Shown: piece by piece, positions 47,665 through 60,881 of the stretch
Position numbering within the stretch: position 1 is the first letter of the stretch
Layout of the letters: each line of letters opens with the position of its first letter
DNA from: Anthoceros angustus
Lineage: Eukaryota > Plantae > Anthocerotophyta
NCBI GenBank assembly: GCA_010909165.1
Contig: VJWM01000117.1
Location: 310,001 to 374,000 of the forward strand
Direction of reading: 5' to 3'
DNA: 64,000 nt
Position numbers and translations under genes: made by a program
The notes under the pieces: model-generated
What the model was told of the DNA's origin: nothing
What the model saw: the letters and a program-made list of their open reading frames with translations, nothing else
Database searches by the model: none

Positions 47665-50600
47665 CTCTTCCGACAAATACCATAAGTTACAATGTAAGAT
47701 CATTAATACTTTCAACCTTTAACACCAAAATTCATGCTAAAAATCAAAAGTAAAACTATATGTAGATTGAACCACTTATACGGGTCTAAAAGTAGTATAT
47801 ATAAATAACCTACTTACAAAAATAGCCAGAGTCCCAAACAATACGAATAAACATTGTACACGTTTAATCACACATATATAGAGGTAACCAAGCACAATAT
47901 TTCGATAATAGACTCTTGAGTGCACATACAATCATTTCGAGATGTAGATCACATTGGATATGAATAAAGTGCAAAATCCATTATTTTTTGTTTACTTTTT
48001 ATTATCATAATATCTTTAATATTATAGCTAGATGTGTGATAAAACCACTTCATTTAGTACGCTGATATATATGTCGGATTCCCTTTTACTACATGATATG
48101 GTAGTGTGGAAAGAAACCCCAAAGGTTATCGTGAAGGATTGAAGAGCTAGTGGATCAAATTTCAATTTCTTACCACTCTTACAATCTTGTAACAAGGAAC
48201 ATAAACGGACCTAACTTATAACGATGCGGGATAGGACGATGAGGAGACATTATCATCATTGACATTGCACATGGTAATGCTAGTGAAACTTTGAGGGTGC
48301 GACCTAGCTAGCTTACTCCCCTTTCTTCTCCAACATTGCATTGTTCTTTGTTCGAGGTGTTTGGTATTCAATAAATGTTGCACCATGTGCACATCTATCA
48401 CACTAAGCTTGCTCATCCCACCAAAGTTATCCAAGGGAACATCATCAATTGATAGAGTCTAACGGCCCTCTGTCTCTGATGTTGTGCACATTTTTCTAGG
48501 AAATGATCACTAACTCTGGCGCTCCATGTTCGCTTTGTTCTATTGTTTTCTAGGAAATGATCACTAACTCCTACGCTCCATGTTCGCTTTGTTCTATTGT
48601 TTTCTAGATAAGAACTTTAGCTACAATGAAGGACAATGTCGTCTACATTAAAACTTCATGCGATGGTAGAATGTGAATTAGAACTTCGCAATTAAGTCAA
48701 AGGTGTTTAGATTAGAACAATTCATGTGGCGAGGGACAATATTCATTACAACTTCTTGTAATTCAAATATAGTCAAGGAATACTTCTATTAAGTTAGAAC
48801 TTTATGCACTCATGGCTACAACTTGTGGATTATAACTCCTTGCAATACTTCCAAAGGCATTGTCTAAGGCGGAACTTCTTGAAATCATGGACTATATCAT
48901 GAATGACATGTATCATGAATCGCCTCAATTTGTTGATATGCTTATGAAGCACGTGCATAGCATTTACATCGAGGTAGTGTTGCAATCCGAGTGTTTAGAG
49001 TTTTTGTCTCAAGCTTTCACATGATTTCCTTAGGCTTAGCCATCCTATGTTATGATGTGCAATTGAGCCTAGATCGTCTTGGCAATTTTGCAAGTCACGA
49101 GAAAGAAACATTTCCCTCTTTGGCTCGAGTGGTGATCACCATAGCTTTTACTGTTTACGGAATCATGCATGTCATGACTCGTTGTATAAATATTTCACGT
49201 GCACAACCTTGATCATTATAGTTTTAAATTTTAAAATTAAAATATCAATTAAAACTTTATATTTCATTCTTATAACATTCGATTGAAAAAATTATATTCA
49301 ATTCTTTGCCTAGCTTAAACTTTAGGATTGCTTTTCTTGAGTATTAATGTGTATGCGATGAGGACAATATTCACATTACAACTTCTTGTAATTCAAATAT
49401 AGTCAAGGAATACTTCTATTAAGTTAGAACTTTATGCACTCATGGCTACAACTTGTGGATTATAACTCCTTGCAATACTTCCAAAGGCATTGTCTAAGGC
49501 GGAACTTCTTGAAATCATGGACTATATCATGAATGACATGTATCATGAATCGCCTCAATTTGTTGATATGCTTATGAAGCACGTGCATAGCATTTACATC
49601 GAGGTAGTGTTGCAATCCAGTGTTTAGAGTTTTTGTCTCAAGCTTTCACATGATTTCCTTAGGCTTAGCCATCCTATGTTATGATGTGCAATTGAGCCTA
49701 GATCGTCTTGGCAATTTTGCAAGTCACGAAGAAACATTTCCCTCTTTGGCTCGGCTCGAGTGGTGATCACCATAGCTTTTACAGCTGTTTACGGAATCAT
49801 GTCATGACTCGTTGTATAAATATTTCACACAACCTTGATCGTATAGTTTTAAATTTTAAAATTAAAATATCAATTAAAACTTTATATTTCATTCTTATAA
49901 CATTCGATTGAAAAAATTATATTCAATTCTTTGCCTAGCTTAAACTTTAGGATTGCTTTTCTTGAGTATTAATGTGTATGCCGATGAGCATGGCATACAG
50001 GTGCCTTGGAATGAAGCCCCACATTTACTCTAGTAACCAATAGCGTTTGCGATGTCGCAAGTGGAGGCTAAGTCCGCATGTGTCACCGGATTGATGCAAG
50101 CTTGGTGAAGGACAAAGTCATGCCATGACCGATGGACAACTGCGCTAGCGGTGATCTCGGGCGGTCGTGGGCAGGCATAGATGGTAGCCGCAAGCACGAG
50201 GCGCCTAGCTAGAAGACTAGGTCGGGTTAGAGTGAGTGACTAACCTAGGGTCAACTAACCATAGCTAGGCAAACTCTAGTAAAGACAAGGTCGATTAAAC
50301 CGGGAAACACGTCTTTGGGACAAGGTCGCAGCTACTTAAGCCGTTCCCAAGAATCAAGACGGACTCTACGCATACCGGACGGAGCCCTCCGCGTCAGGAT
50401 CTCCATCTCAGAAGAGTGATGACATCTTGGTATAAGAGCGAGCGATCGGACCGATGGGATGACTCAGATGGCACCGTCTTGGAGTGGATTAGGCAGCGGT
50501 ATGGGAGCTCGAGCCCGGACCATCGAGGAGTGGGGAGAAGCGACGAGCGGGAGGTTTTGGGGTCGTGTGATCTTTGGACCGAGATTGTTTGCATCTTGCA

Positions 50601-51818
50601 TTGGCTTGACATCGGCGGAGAGCAGGAGAAGGCGCACAAGAGTTTGTGAGGCGGAAGGTGTGGGAAAGGAGCCATGGACTTTGAAGCCAGAGCTAGAGCA
50701 AGATGCAAGGAGGGAATAGGCAGTCGCAGGTTTTGGTGCTATATGTGCGAGAGGCACGCTCAATGGCTACCAATAAGTGATTGAAGAACACCCATGCGAA
50801 TGACTGATTCGGTTGGCATTCTATGTTGTAACTGGGGGCAAGGACGGTGATGTAAGACTCCTAGGGAGTCAAGGGCATGCAAGAACACAGACATCTTGTT
50901 GCAAAGCCGAAAAAGATAGCAACAAGAGGCCCATGGGCCCAGTAGTCTTGCTAGCGGCTAGACCTAAAGCATGTCACATTGCATGTGGGTTGTAGAAGTG
51001 CAAGAATTGCTAGCTTGGCACTGGCGAAGTGGGCGAGACGGTAGCTCGGTCTCAAACATTAGGTTCGAGGCAGAGACGGTAGGAAGTGGCGGCTCGTGGC
51101 CAGTTCAGCAGTCGAATGTGCGTTATGGTATCGATTCTTCTAATTGCAACAAGTCGATCGAAGGCGGCGATGCGTGAGATCCGGAGCAACTTGTTCTTTC
51201 AATGATCCGGTTTCCACATGCACGGATGCGACTTACTAGCATCAAACATCATAGCTGAAATTTTGGAGGAGCAACGCGTCCATGGGCGTTGAGACCACGA
51301 GCGAAGTCTTGCATGTATCCGGAGACAATTGCGCGAGCATCTAGGCCATATTGCGTTGATCGTCTAGCAAGAACGAGGCGGGCTGTGATTGCTGGATCTA
51401 GTGCGCTCAACTTAGGATTTGCGAAATTCAAATTGCTCGAGTTAGATTCGATCGCATCTTTCGCAAACACCCCGCGGCCCGATTGTGGAGAGGTCTTACC
51501 GCGCCAAAGCGCGTACCAATCAAACCTCAAACCGACACATTGGCTAACATGTGCCGAATTCGAGATTGCTAGGCTTATGCTTCTCATGATCAATGAGAAG
51601 CGGATGGGAAGAGCTTATCATACCGACCTTGGGACCTAAAGGAAGGCCATACATAAATGCATGATGAGCCATGTCCTTTCATAGGCTTTTGCATTGGGAT
51701 GAGGACTTGAATTTGGTGCTATCGGCCTAGAATGGTGGTGCCTCGGGTTGGGGCCTCCTCGGTTTTGACGGACATCCATCCTCGTCAGCGTACATGCTTG
51801 CCCCCGCCCCAATACTTC

Positions 51819-53175
51819 TAGCAATATTCTAGAGATGCTAGAAGATGCAACAAAACTTGTCATAGAAAACAAGACAATATATTAAGTGATCAAAGAGTGT
51901 CTTATATACATAAGTTGTTTAACTCTAAGTGACCTTTCATTATACAACCCTAATTACTTAACCGTGACATATGGTTATATATATACAACCCTTGGGTCAT
52001 CCCTCATCAGTTAACACACCCCCATAATGGTTAGAAGTTGTAGGCGTTGTCTTGCGAATCTTCGTGGTGATGAAGAGCTGGGGAGAAATGGAGAAAGGAC
52101 GGCCAAAGCAAAGTTGCGGAGTGAGGTGAGCAGCGATTAGATGCGGTGCACTAAGCTTCATCCGTTGGGTCCACTCACGTGATGTGAGCAATTGTCCATC
52201 AATGCTTTGTAGAAGAGAAGGGTAGATAGGGGCTGTAGTCAACCAAACCGACAGCTTCCTTGTGGAAATTGTGCTGTGTTGACAAACACTTGGTCAACAA
52301 AGCCCGTGTTATTTCCGTTGGCACATGTTCAATCTGTATCAAAATGGATATTTGGGCTTTGAGCGAGATTTGGAGAATCATCACAGGGGCCGATTCTGGC
52401 AACAGGCGCAGCATCAACGAATCCACAGTTGGAGGATGATGGTGGTGTTGGTGTCTTAGAGCGGTGATTGAATTCCTTTTATGTCGTCTATGATTATATG
52501 GCGAGTCCTAGAGCACGACGCTAGCATAAACAGCGTTTGGATGCGTGGCGAGAGGCGCGATGTTGGCAGGACCCACACGAAGAGCTTGAGGTCTTGGCGC
52601 TTCCACGGCGGGCAGGCTGACGGCGAGCTAACTTCTGGGTTCACTACTCGATTTACGCTCGAAGCATTTTCAAATGCCATTGTCATAGTTTATCTAGCGA
52701 TGCGGAAAATTAGTTGATCTAGCATCATTAGGAACAATTTTCGGAGGCTAGACTAAATGGTGATGACTGGGCGGTGGATGTTTTAGAACACAGCCAGCAT
52801 CCATATTCGATGATGGGTGCTGGGACGTGTTTGTAAAACATTTCCGTCGATCATTCATTACCATAAAATAAAATTTTGGACTAAAATATATGAGGAGTAT
52901 AATATCTAGCAAAAGTAAGAGCTTAGAATGCCTGCTATACCCCTCCCTGCTAAGGACAAAATATTGGCGACTCGATACCATGACAATATTCTAGAGATGC
53001 TAGAAGATGCGACAAGAGCAAACTTGTCATAGAAAACAAGACAATATATTAAGTGATCGAAAGAGTGTCTTATATACATGTTGTTTAACTCTAAGTGACC
53101 TTTCAACCCTAATTACTTAACCCGTGACCGTGGTTATATATACAACCCCAATGGTCATCCCCTCGGGGTTAACCC
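51819..53175 (-). mobile_element. Internally deleted, non-autonomous Ty1/copia-like LTR element (~1.35 kb)
   Basis: ~195-bp direct repeats at 51819-52016 and 52981-~53175. On the minus strand: PBS-like TGGTATCGAG right after the 5' LTR (52980 down), PPT ATGGGGGTG before TGTTAAC of the 3' LTR, and RNase H relic APV..CDDS.NLAQSPNIH / IQIEHVPTEITRA.LLTKCL. Absent at the matching site of repeat copy 1 (~45690). Confidence 0.82.
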
Positions 53176-54519
53176 ACTGGCATGCGATTCATTCCCTAGA
53201 TGGCTCGGGCGCTACCGCCATAGCGAGTTCCTTTGGTATTATCTATGATGATGAAATACCTCACACCAACTTAAATTAAATTAGTTTTTTTCTTTATTGT
53301 GGACTTGTGTGGATCTTAGTTAAGTGCTTCATGCGGTTTGTATCTGATCTATCTCTTCTAAAAATTATAATTATAATATTCCATGACTATATATTCTTAA
53401 TACTAATGAAGGTGACAAGTGACTATATATAATATATAATGACTGATGAATTAAATTGAGAAAATATTCAAATTGTTCAATAATAAAATTCATAAACATT
53501 AGCAAGTAAGAGAGAACAAAAGTACAATTTCATAACACACCATTTTCTATAGGTCTAAAACTAAGATAAAAGCAGATCAGCTTACACTTCTAAAGAGGAA
53601 TGTGTTGGCTTTGAAATATGATTAAGTTGCTAGTTGATCTCTTAACATTTGAGGGGAAAATTTTCAACTAAGATCTAATCATTATAATTGAGAAGAGCCT
53701 TGATTCCGTAAATTTCTAGCAACCTCGTTAGTACTATTTGATTGCGACCATTGTGACGGTCTACGCCAAAAGAAGACCTTTCAAGCGCCCTCTCTAACTC
53801 GAGATAGCTCGGCCTCATTGGTAGGTATGTTTGGCCCCAATCTTCGGTGGGATAACTCGTCCTCATTCACGGGTTTGTTTGGCCCAGCTACAGGTCATCC
53901 TCATTCACAGGTTGGTTTGGGCCACTGAGGTCGTCCTCATTCAGGTTGCCACAAGCTTCTACAGGTCGTCCTCGACCAGGTTCGTTTGGGCCACAAGCTT
54001 CTCGTCGTCCTCATTCACGTTGTTAGGGCTTCACAAAATTAATCCTCATTCACGGGTTTGTTAGGGCCACAAGCTTCTAGGTCAGTCCTCATTCTGCGGT
54101 TTGTTAGCCACAAGCTTCCGAGATAGCTGGATTCTCATTTTCGTAGGTTTTAGGCCACAAACTCCTTGCTCTGGTTTTAGAGTGTACCACACAAAAATTG
54201 ATAAACGATTTCAAATACTCTTACATATCTTTTAAAACATCTTGCTGATCGTTTATCACCAAATGACAAAACTAAAACTAATGTGTACTGAATATTGCGA
54301 GAAGGAATCGTTTACCATGGTTGTAACATTGTGAGAAGAATCATTGCCGTGGTTGTATCCCATTGTGAGAAGAATCCTTCCAACCCGTTCTCCTTTTCTT
54401 TGGCACCTTGGGTGTGATCTAAACCCTTCAAGCCACTATGCATATACTTACAATTGGTCGCATCGTTTCAAGCTCCTACATCCTCATCCAATGAAAGCGT
54501 GATATATCCTCCAGGATGG

Positions 54520-54858
54520 CGTGGGCATGTTGAATCTTGTATCTTGGAGATAAGGCGTGTGGTCCCCTCATTACATTTGAAGGTAGTAATATCACAATGG
54601 AGCATAGGCTAAAAGAGATCAAGTGCGAGACACCACAAGTCGATTCACTTTTAGAGCCGGTCAATACTTAGTACCATGTGAATTCTTACAACATTCGTTG
54701 CAAAATGGATCATCTTGGCATTGAATACAAAACTTATTGCATCCCATTTTGCCATGTGAGGATGTAACGTGCACTTCTTGATAGTCATGTTGAACAAATA
54801 TTGGTAACCAATCGGTGGGCACCATATCATCTCTAGAGTTCCGAGATCTTGCATACAT
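54520..54858 (-). pseudogene. PLATZ-like zinc-binding gene relic (copy 2)
   Basis: MYARS...MVPTDWLPIFVQHDY...NKFCIQCQDDPFCNECCKNSH; its frameshifts sit at different places from copy 1. Confidence 0.65.
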
Positions 54859-57077
54859 CTCTTCCGACAACCAGCTAAAGTTACAATGTAAGATCATTAA
54901 TACTTTCAACCTTTAACACCAAAATTCATGCTAAAATCAAAAGTAAAACTATATGTAGATTGAACCACTTATCTGCAGGTCTAAAAGTAGTATATGTAAA
55001 TAACCTACTTACAAAAATAGCCAGTCCCAAACTTGATAAACATTGTACACGTTTAATCACACATATATAGAGGTAACCAAGCACAATATTTCGATAATAG
55101 GACTCTTGAGTGCACATACAATCATTTCGAGATGTAGATCACATTGGATATGAATAAAGTGAAAATCCATTATTTTTGTTTACTTTTTATTATCATAATA
55201 TCTTTAATATTATAGCTAGATGTGTGATAAAACCACTTCATTTAGTACTGCGATATATATGTCGGATTCCTTTCTACTACATGATATGGTAGTGTGGAAA
55301 GAAACCCCAAAGGTTATCGTGAAGGATTGAAGAGCTAGTGGATCAAATTTCAATTTCTTACCACTCTTACAATCTTGTAACAAGGAACATAAACGGACCT
55401 AACTTATAACGATGGGATAGGATGATGAGGAGACATTATCATCATTGACATTGCACATGGTAATGCTAGTGAAACTTTGAGGGTGCGACCTAGCTAGCTT
55501 ACTCCCCCTTTCTTCTCCAACATTGCATTGTTCTTTGTTCGAGGTGTTTGGTATTCAATAAATGTTGCACCATGTGTAAAACATCTATCACACTAAGCTT
55601 GCTCATCCCGCCAAAGTTATCCAAGGGAACATCATCAATTGATAGAGTCTAACGGGCCCTCTTCTGTCCTACAGTGTTGTGCACATTTTTTCTAGGAAAT
55701 GATCATCTAACTCTGAGCGCTCCATGTTCGCTTTGTTCTATTGTTTTTCTAGATAAGAACTTCTAGCTATAATGAAGGACAATATCGTCTACATTAAAAC
55801 TTCATGCAGTAAGCAGAATGTGAATTAGAACTTCCTGCAATTAAGTCAAAGGTGTTTAGATTAGAACAATTCATGTAATGAGGACAATATTCCATTACAA
55901 CTTCTTGTAATTCAAATATAGTCAAGGAATACTTCTATTAAGTTAGAACTTTATGCACTCATGGCTACAACTTGTGGATTATAACTCCTTGCAATACTTC
56001 CAAAGGCATTGTCTAAGGCGGAACTTCTTGAAATCATGGACTATATCATGAATGACATGTATCATGAATCGCCTCAATTTGTTGATATGCTTATGAAGCA
56101 CGTGCATAGCATTTACATCGAGGTAGTGTTGCAATCCGAGTGTTTAGAGTTTTGTCTCAAGCTTTCACATGATTTCCTTAGGCTTAGCCATCCTATGTTA
56201 TGATGTGCAATTGAGCCTAGATCATCTTGGCAATTTGCAAGTCACGAAAAGAAACATTTCCTCTTTGGCTCGGCTCGAGAGTGGTGATCACCATAGCTTT
56301 TGCAATCGTTTTCCGAATCATGCATGTCATGACTCGTTGTATAAATATTTCACGTGCACAACCTTGATCGTATAGTTTTAAATTTTAAAAATTAAAATAT
56401 CAATTAAAAACTTTATATTTCATTCTTATAACATTCGATTGAAAAAATTATATTCAATTCTTTGCCTAGCTTAAACTTTAGGGTTGCTTTTCTTGAGTAT
56501 TAATGTGCATGCCAATGAGCATGGCACGAGGTGCGGAATGAAGCCCCACATTTACTCCGTAGCAACCAATAGCGCTTTGCAGCCGCAAGTGGAGGACGCC
56601 GTCCGCGAATGTGTCACAATGGATTGATGCAAGCTTCGTGAAGGACAAAGTCGGGCCGCCACTATGATGGACACTGCGCTTAGCCACCGATCTCGGGCCG
56701 AGGGTCAAGATAGATGGTAGCCGCAAGCACGAGGGCGCTAGCTAGAAGACTAGGTCGCTTAGAGTGAGTGACTAACCTACACTACAAGAAAATGAGGGTT
56801 TTACAACGGTTTTTACAACGGTGTTACAACGCTGGCGTTGTAAACGCGCAACGCCGTTGTAAACCGAGAGCTTGATGACGTTGTAAAATTGCTGACATGG
56901 CGGTTCGTGCCATGTCATTAAAGTGGTGATGTGGCGCCATCACCGCCACCGCCACATCACCAAGTGATGACATGGCATGTTGCCACATGGCCTTCATTGC
57001 CACATCATCGTGTGATGACGCGTGGCATAATTTGATGACATGGCTCATTGCCACATCACCATGTGATGTGGTGCCAT

Positions 57078-57700
57078 TTTACAAAACCATCTACAACATC
57101 CCAATTGCAAAAGCAATTACAACATCTAAGTTTGAGACGTTGGTGGGTACAACGCGCTTTACAACGACTGCTTTACAAAACCATCTACAACATCCCAATT
57201 GCAAAAGCAATTACAACATCTAAGTTTGAGACGTGTGGGTACAACGCGCTTTACAACGACTGCTTTACAAAACCATCTACAACATCCCAATTGCAAAAGC
57301 AATTACAACATCTAAGTTTGAGACGTCTTGTGGGTACAACGCTTTACAACGACTGCTTTACAAAACCATCTACATCCCAATTGCAAAAGCAATTACAACA
57401 TCTAAGTTTGAGGCGTCTGGTGTGGGTACAACGCGCTTTACAACGACTGCTTTACAAAACCATCTACAACATCCCAATTGCAAAAGCAATTACAACATCT
57501 AAGTTTGAGACGCCCTGTGGGTACAACGCGCTTTACAACGACTGCTTTACAAAACCATCTACAACATCCCAATTGCAAAAGCAATTACAACATCTAAGTT
57601 TGAGACGTCTGTGGGTACAACGCGCTTTACAACGACTATTTACAAAACCATCTACAACATCCCAATTGCAAAAGCAATTACAACATTTAAATTACAACGC
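57078..57700. repeat. ~93-bp tandem array (7 units, last partial) inside CACTA; second copy ~61180-61800
   Basis: Unit TTACAAAACCATCTACAACATCCCAATTGCAAAAGCAATTACAACATCTAAGTTTGAGACG...GGGTACAACGCGCTTTACAACGACTGC, periods 92-95 bp, followed by (TA)n. Confidence 0.92.
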
Positions 57701-57939
57701 CTTTTAAGTATATATATATATATATATAAAGACTTTTAAACAAAATAAATATTATTAATAACACAAATATCTATTTTCAGCTTCTTTAAATGGGGCATAT
57801 TTACAACAAGTGTTTTACAACGCCCTTTGTTGTAAATTTTGTATCTTGCACCTTGTTGTGCATTAGTGGGACACACGAGAAATGGAATGCTACTACCAAA
57901 TGCAAGCGATTCTAAACCCCAAAATGAACATGATCCTCA

Positions 57940-58500
57940 CACAAATCCACACATTCAACTCACACAAACTCACGGCCCACACAACTCGCACAAACCCACA
58001 CGGCTCTCACATAATCAGCGCCACAGGCTCTCACGCTCATAGGCTCGCCCGCTCACAGCTCACAAGCTCGCGCTCACAAGCTCACAAGCTCTCGCTCCTG
58101 CCTCACAAGCTCGCCGCTCACAAGCTCACGCTCACAAGCTCGCTCTCTCACAAGCTCATAGGCTTTCACAGCTCACGCTCGCTCTCCTCACAGGCTCACA
58201 GACTCTCCCTCTCACAAGCTCAAGGCTCAATTTTCAAGGCTCACGGGCTCCTGGCTCACAAGCTCTCACAGGTGCTCATAGGCTCTCACACTGCTCACAG
58301 GCTCGCACACACTCTTGCAGGCTCGCATAGAAACTCACACACACACACTCACACACACACACACAAATAAACACACAAACATAGAAGCCATTCCCCAGAC
58401 ACACAGACTCCCACAAACAAACATGGGGGCCATTCCCCCAGACACACACACTCACAAACATTGGGGCCATTCCCCCAGACACACAAAGGGGACATTCCCC
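57940..58500. repeat. Low-complexity CTCACA(AG) repeats and (CA)n microsatellite inside CACTA; second copy ~62050-62570
   Basis: Dense GCTCAC/CTCACAAG motifs, then ACACACAC tracts and CCATTCCCC repeats. Confidence 0.8.
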
Positions 58501-60881
58501 ACAAAAAGCCAGTATCAGTATCAATTTCTAAGAGTTTCTAAGGAGCAACTAAAAGAAAGCACCAAACTAGTATTCCTCGCTCCTTGATCTCTTCAAATTG
58601 GACTTCGAAGTTGAAGCCTCATTTCCCTTCCTCTTCATGCTCTTCACCCTTGATGACTTGAGCTCTTTGGCGTAGTCCGACCTAGCTTCACGGCGTTGAG
58701 CTTCAAGTTCCGTCGTTTCGATGAGAGGCCATGAGATTGAAAAACTTTTCCCTGCATTTAGAGAGGGATACCTCAACCTCTTCAAATTCTTCCACCTCTT
58801 CCATGAGATGGAGTGGTTCAACTTCAACAAGTACTTCATGGCTTCGTTCCACACCGGTCGACCACACTTGGGAGGTTAAGGCTTCCCCCACCGAGGCGGA
58901 GGCCACAGGTGCAAGAATCGAATATGTTACCAAGAAGCCGTGTTACAACAAATGACTTGAAAGATCTTCTATAAGAACTACGGAGGAGAAAGATCCTCAC
59001 TTAACCCGGGCTTCAATCTAGGCACCAAATTGTCCAAAAACCAGCCGTCATCATCCACTTGCGCTCCAATGCCGATTTCGGCTCCTATGGCAAATCCAAA
59101 AACGAGTTAAAATAGGACAATCAAAACTTGCAAAGACATCAAATCAAAATCTTACCATCCAAATCATCATCTTTGTAACCAGCATCCTTGAGGTCCACAC
59201 AATTGTTTGGCACCTATTCTCGGGGTTGGAGCCAAAGCGCTCGGATGAGGAAGATTGGGGCCGTCAATATGTTTCAAGTTTTATTATCATAATATCTTTA
59301 ATATTATAGCTAGATGTGTGATAAAACCACTTCATTTAGTACTCGCGATATATATGTCGGATTCTTTCTACTACATGATATGGTAGTGTGGAAAGAAACC
59401 CCAAAGGTTATCGTGAAGGATTGAAGAGCTAGTGGATCAATTTCAATTTCTTACCACTCTTACAATCTTGTAACAAGGAACATAAACGGACCTAACTTAT
59501 AACGATGGGATAGGATGATGAGGAGACATTATCATCATTGACATTGCACATGGTAATGCTAGTGAAACTTTGAGGGTGCGACCTAGCTAGCTTACTCCCC
59601 TTTCTTCCAACATTGCATTGTTCTTTGTTCGAGGTGTTTGGTATTCAATAAATGTTGCACCATGTGCACATCTATCACACTAAGCTTGCTCATCCCACCA
59701 AAGTTATCCAAGGAACATCATCAATTGATAGAGTCTAACGGGCCCTCTTCTCTCTATGTTGTGCACATTTTTCTAGGAAATGATCACTAACTCGAGCGCT
59801 CCATGTTCGCTTTGTTCTATTGTTTTCTAGATAAGAACTTCTAGCTACAATGAAGGACAATATCGTCTACATTAAAACTTCATGCGAAGGTAATGTGAAT
59901 TAGAACTTCCTGCAATTAAGTCAAAGGTGTTTAGATTAGAACAATTCATGTAATGAGGACAATATTCCATTACAACTTCTTGTAATTCAAATATAGTCAA
60001 GGAATACTTCTATTAAGTTAGAACTTTATGCACTCATGGCTACAACTTGTGGATTATAACTCCTTGCAATACTTCCAAAGGCATTGTCTAAGGCGGAACT
60101 TCTTGAAATCATGGACTATATCATGAATGACATGTATCATGAATCGCCTCAATTTGTTGATATGCTTATGAAGCACGTGCATAGCATTTACATCGAGGTA
60201 GTGTTGCAATCCGAGTGTTTAGAGTTTTTGTCTCAAGCTTTCACATGATTTCCTTAGGCTTAGCCATCCTATGTTATGATGTGCAATTGAGCCTAGATCA
60301 TCTTGGCAATTTTGCAAGTCACAGAAAGAAACATTTCCCTCTTTGGCTCGGCTCGAGAGTGGTGATCACCATAGCTTTTGCAACTGTTTCTGGAATCATG
60401 CATGTCATGACTCGTTGTATAAATATTTCACGTGCACAACCTTGATCGTATAGTTTTAAATTTTAAAAATTAAAATATCAATTAAAAACTTTATATTTCA
60501 TTCTTATAACATTCGATTGAAAAAAATTATATTCAATTCTTTGCCTAGCTTAAACTTTAGGGTTGCTTTTCTTCGAGTATTAATGTGCATGCCAATGAGC
60601 ATGGCATACAGGGTGCCTTGGAATGAAGCCCCACATTTACTCCGTAGCAACCAATAGCGTTTGCAGTGTGCTGCAAGTGGAGGACGGTCGTCCCGCGAAT
60701 GTGTCACAGCGGATTGATGCAAGCTTCAGCCGTGAAGGACAAAGTCGGGCCGCCACTATGATGGACACTGCGCTTAGCCAGCTGATCTCAGGCCAGAGGG
60801 TCGTGGCAGCATAGATGGTAGCTGCAAGCACGAGGGCAGCTAGCTAGAAGACTAGGTCAGTTAGAGTGAGTGACTAACCTA

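Larger units (their letters stand above)
45455..56779. repeat. Two tandem copies of a ~6 kb AT-rich element (copy 1 ~45455-51595; copy 2 ~51596-56779, cut by a CACTA insertion)
   Basis: Collinear blocks: 45470/51596, 45753/53227, 46960/54180, 47990/55175, 48690/55830, 49980/56510. Many small indels between copies. Confidence 0.9.
56780..59288. mobile_element. CACTA (En/Spm) element, left arm, truncated by the 4.1 kb duplication
   Basis: Begins CACTACAAGAAAA immediately after CTA. Subterminal TTACAACG/CGTTGTAA motifs in both orientations. Empty site TAAC-CTA-GGG in repeat copy 1 at ~50241-50250. Confidence 0.9.

Noticed and set aside
50813-50870. WD40-like motif VVTGGKDGDVRL in repeat copy 1
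   Set aside because: Single isolated motif with no supporting neighbouring repeats; cannot be told apart from chance without a search.
57078-57700. CRISPR-like regular repeats
   Set aside because: Contiguous tandem units without unique spacers, eukaryotic context, no cas genes.
57048-57707. 219-aa repetitive ORF (and 61301-61792 counterparts)
   Set aside because: Translation of the 93-bp tandem array; not a protein.
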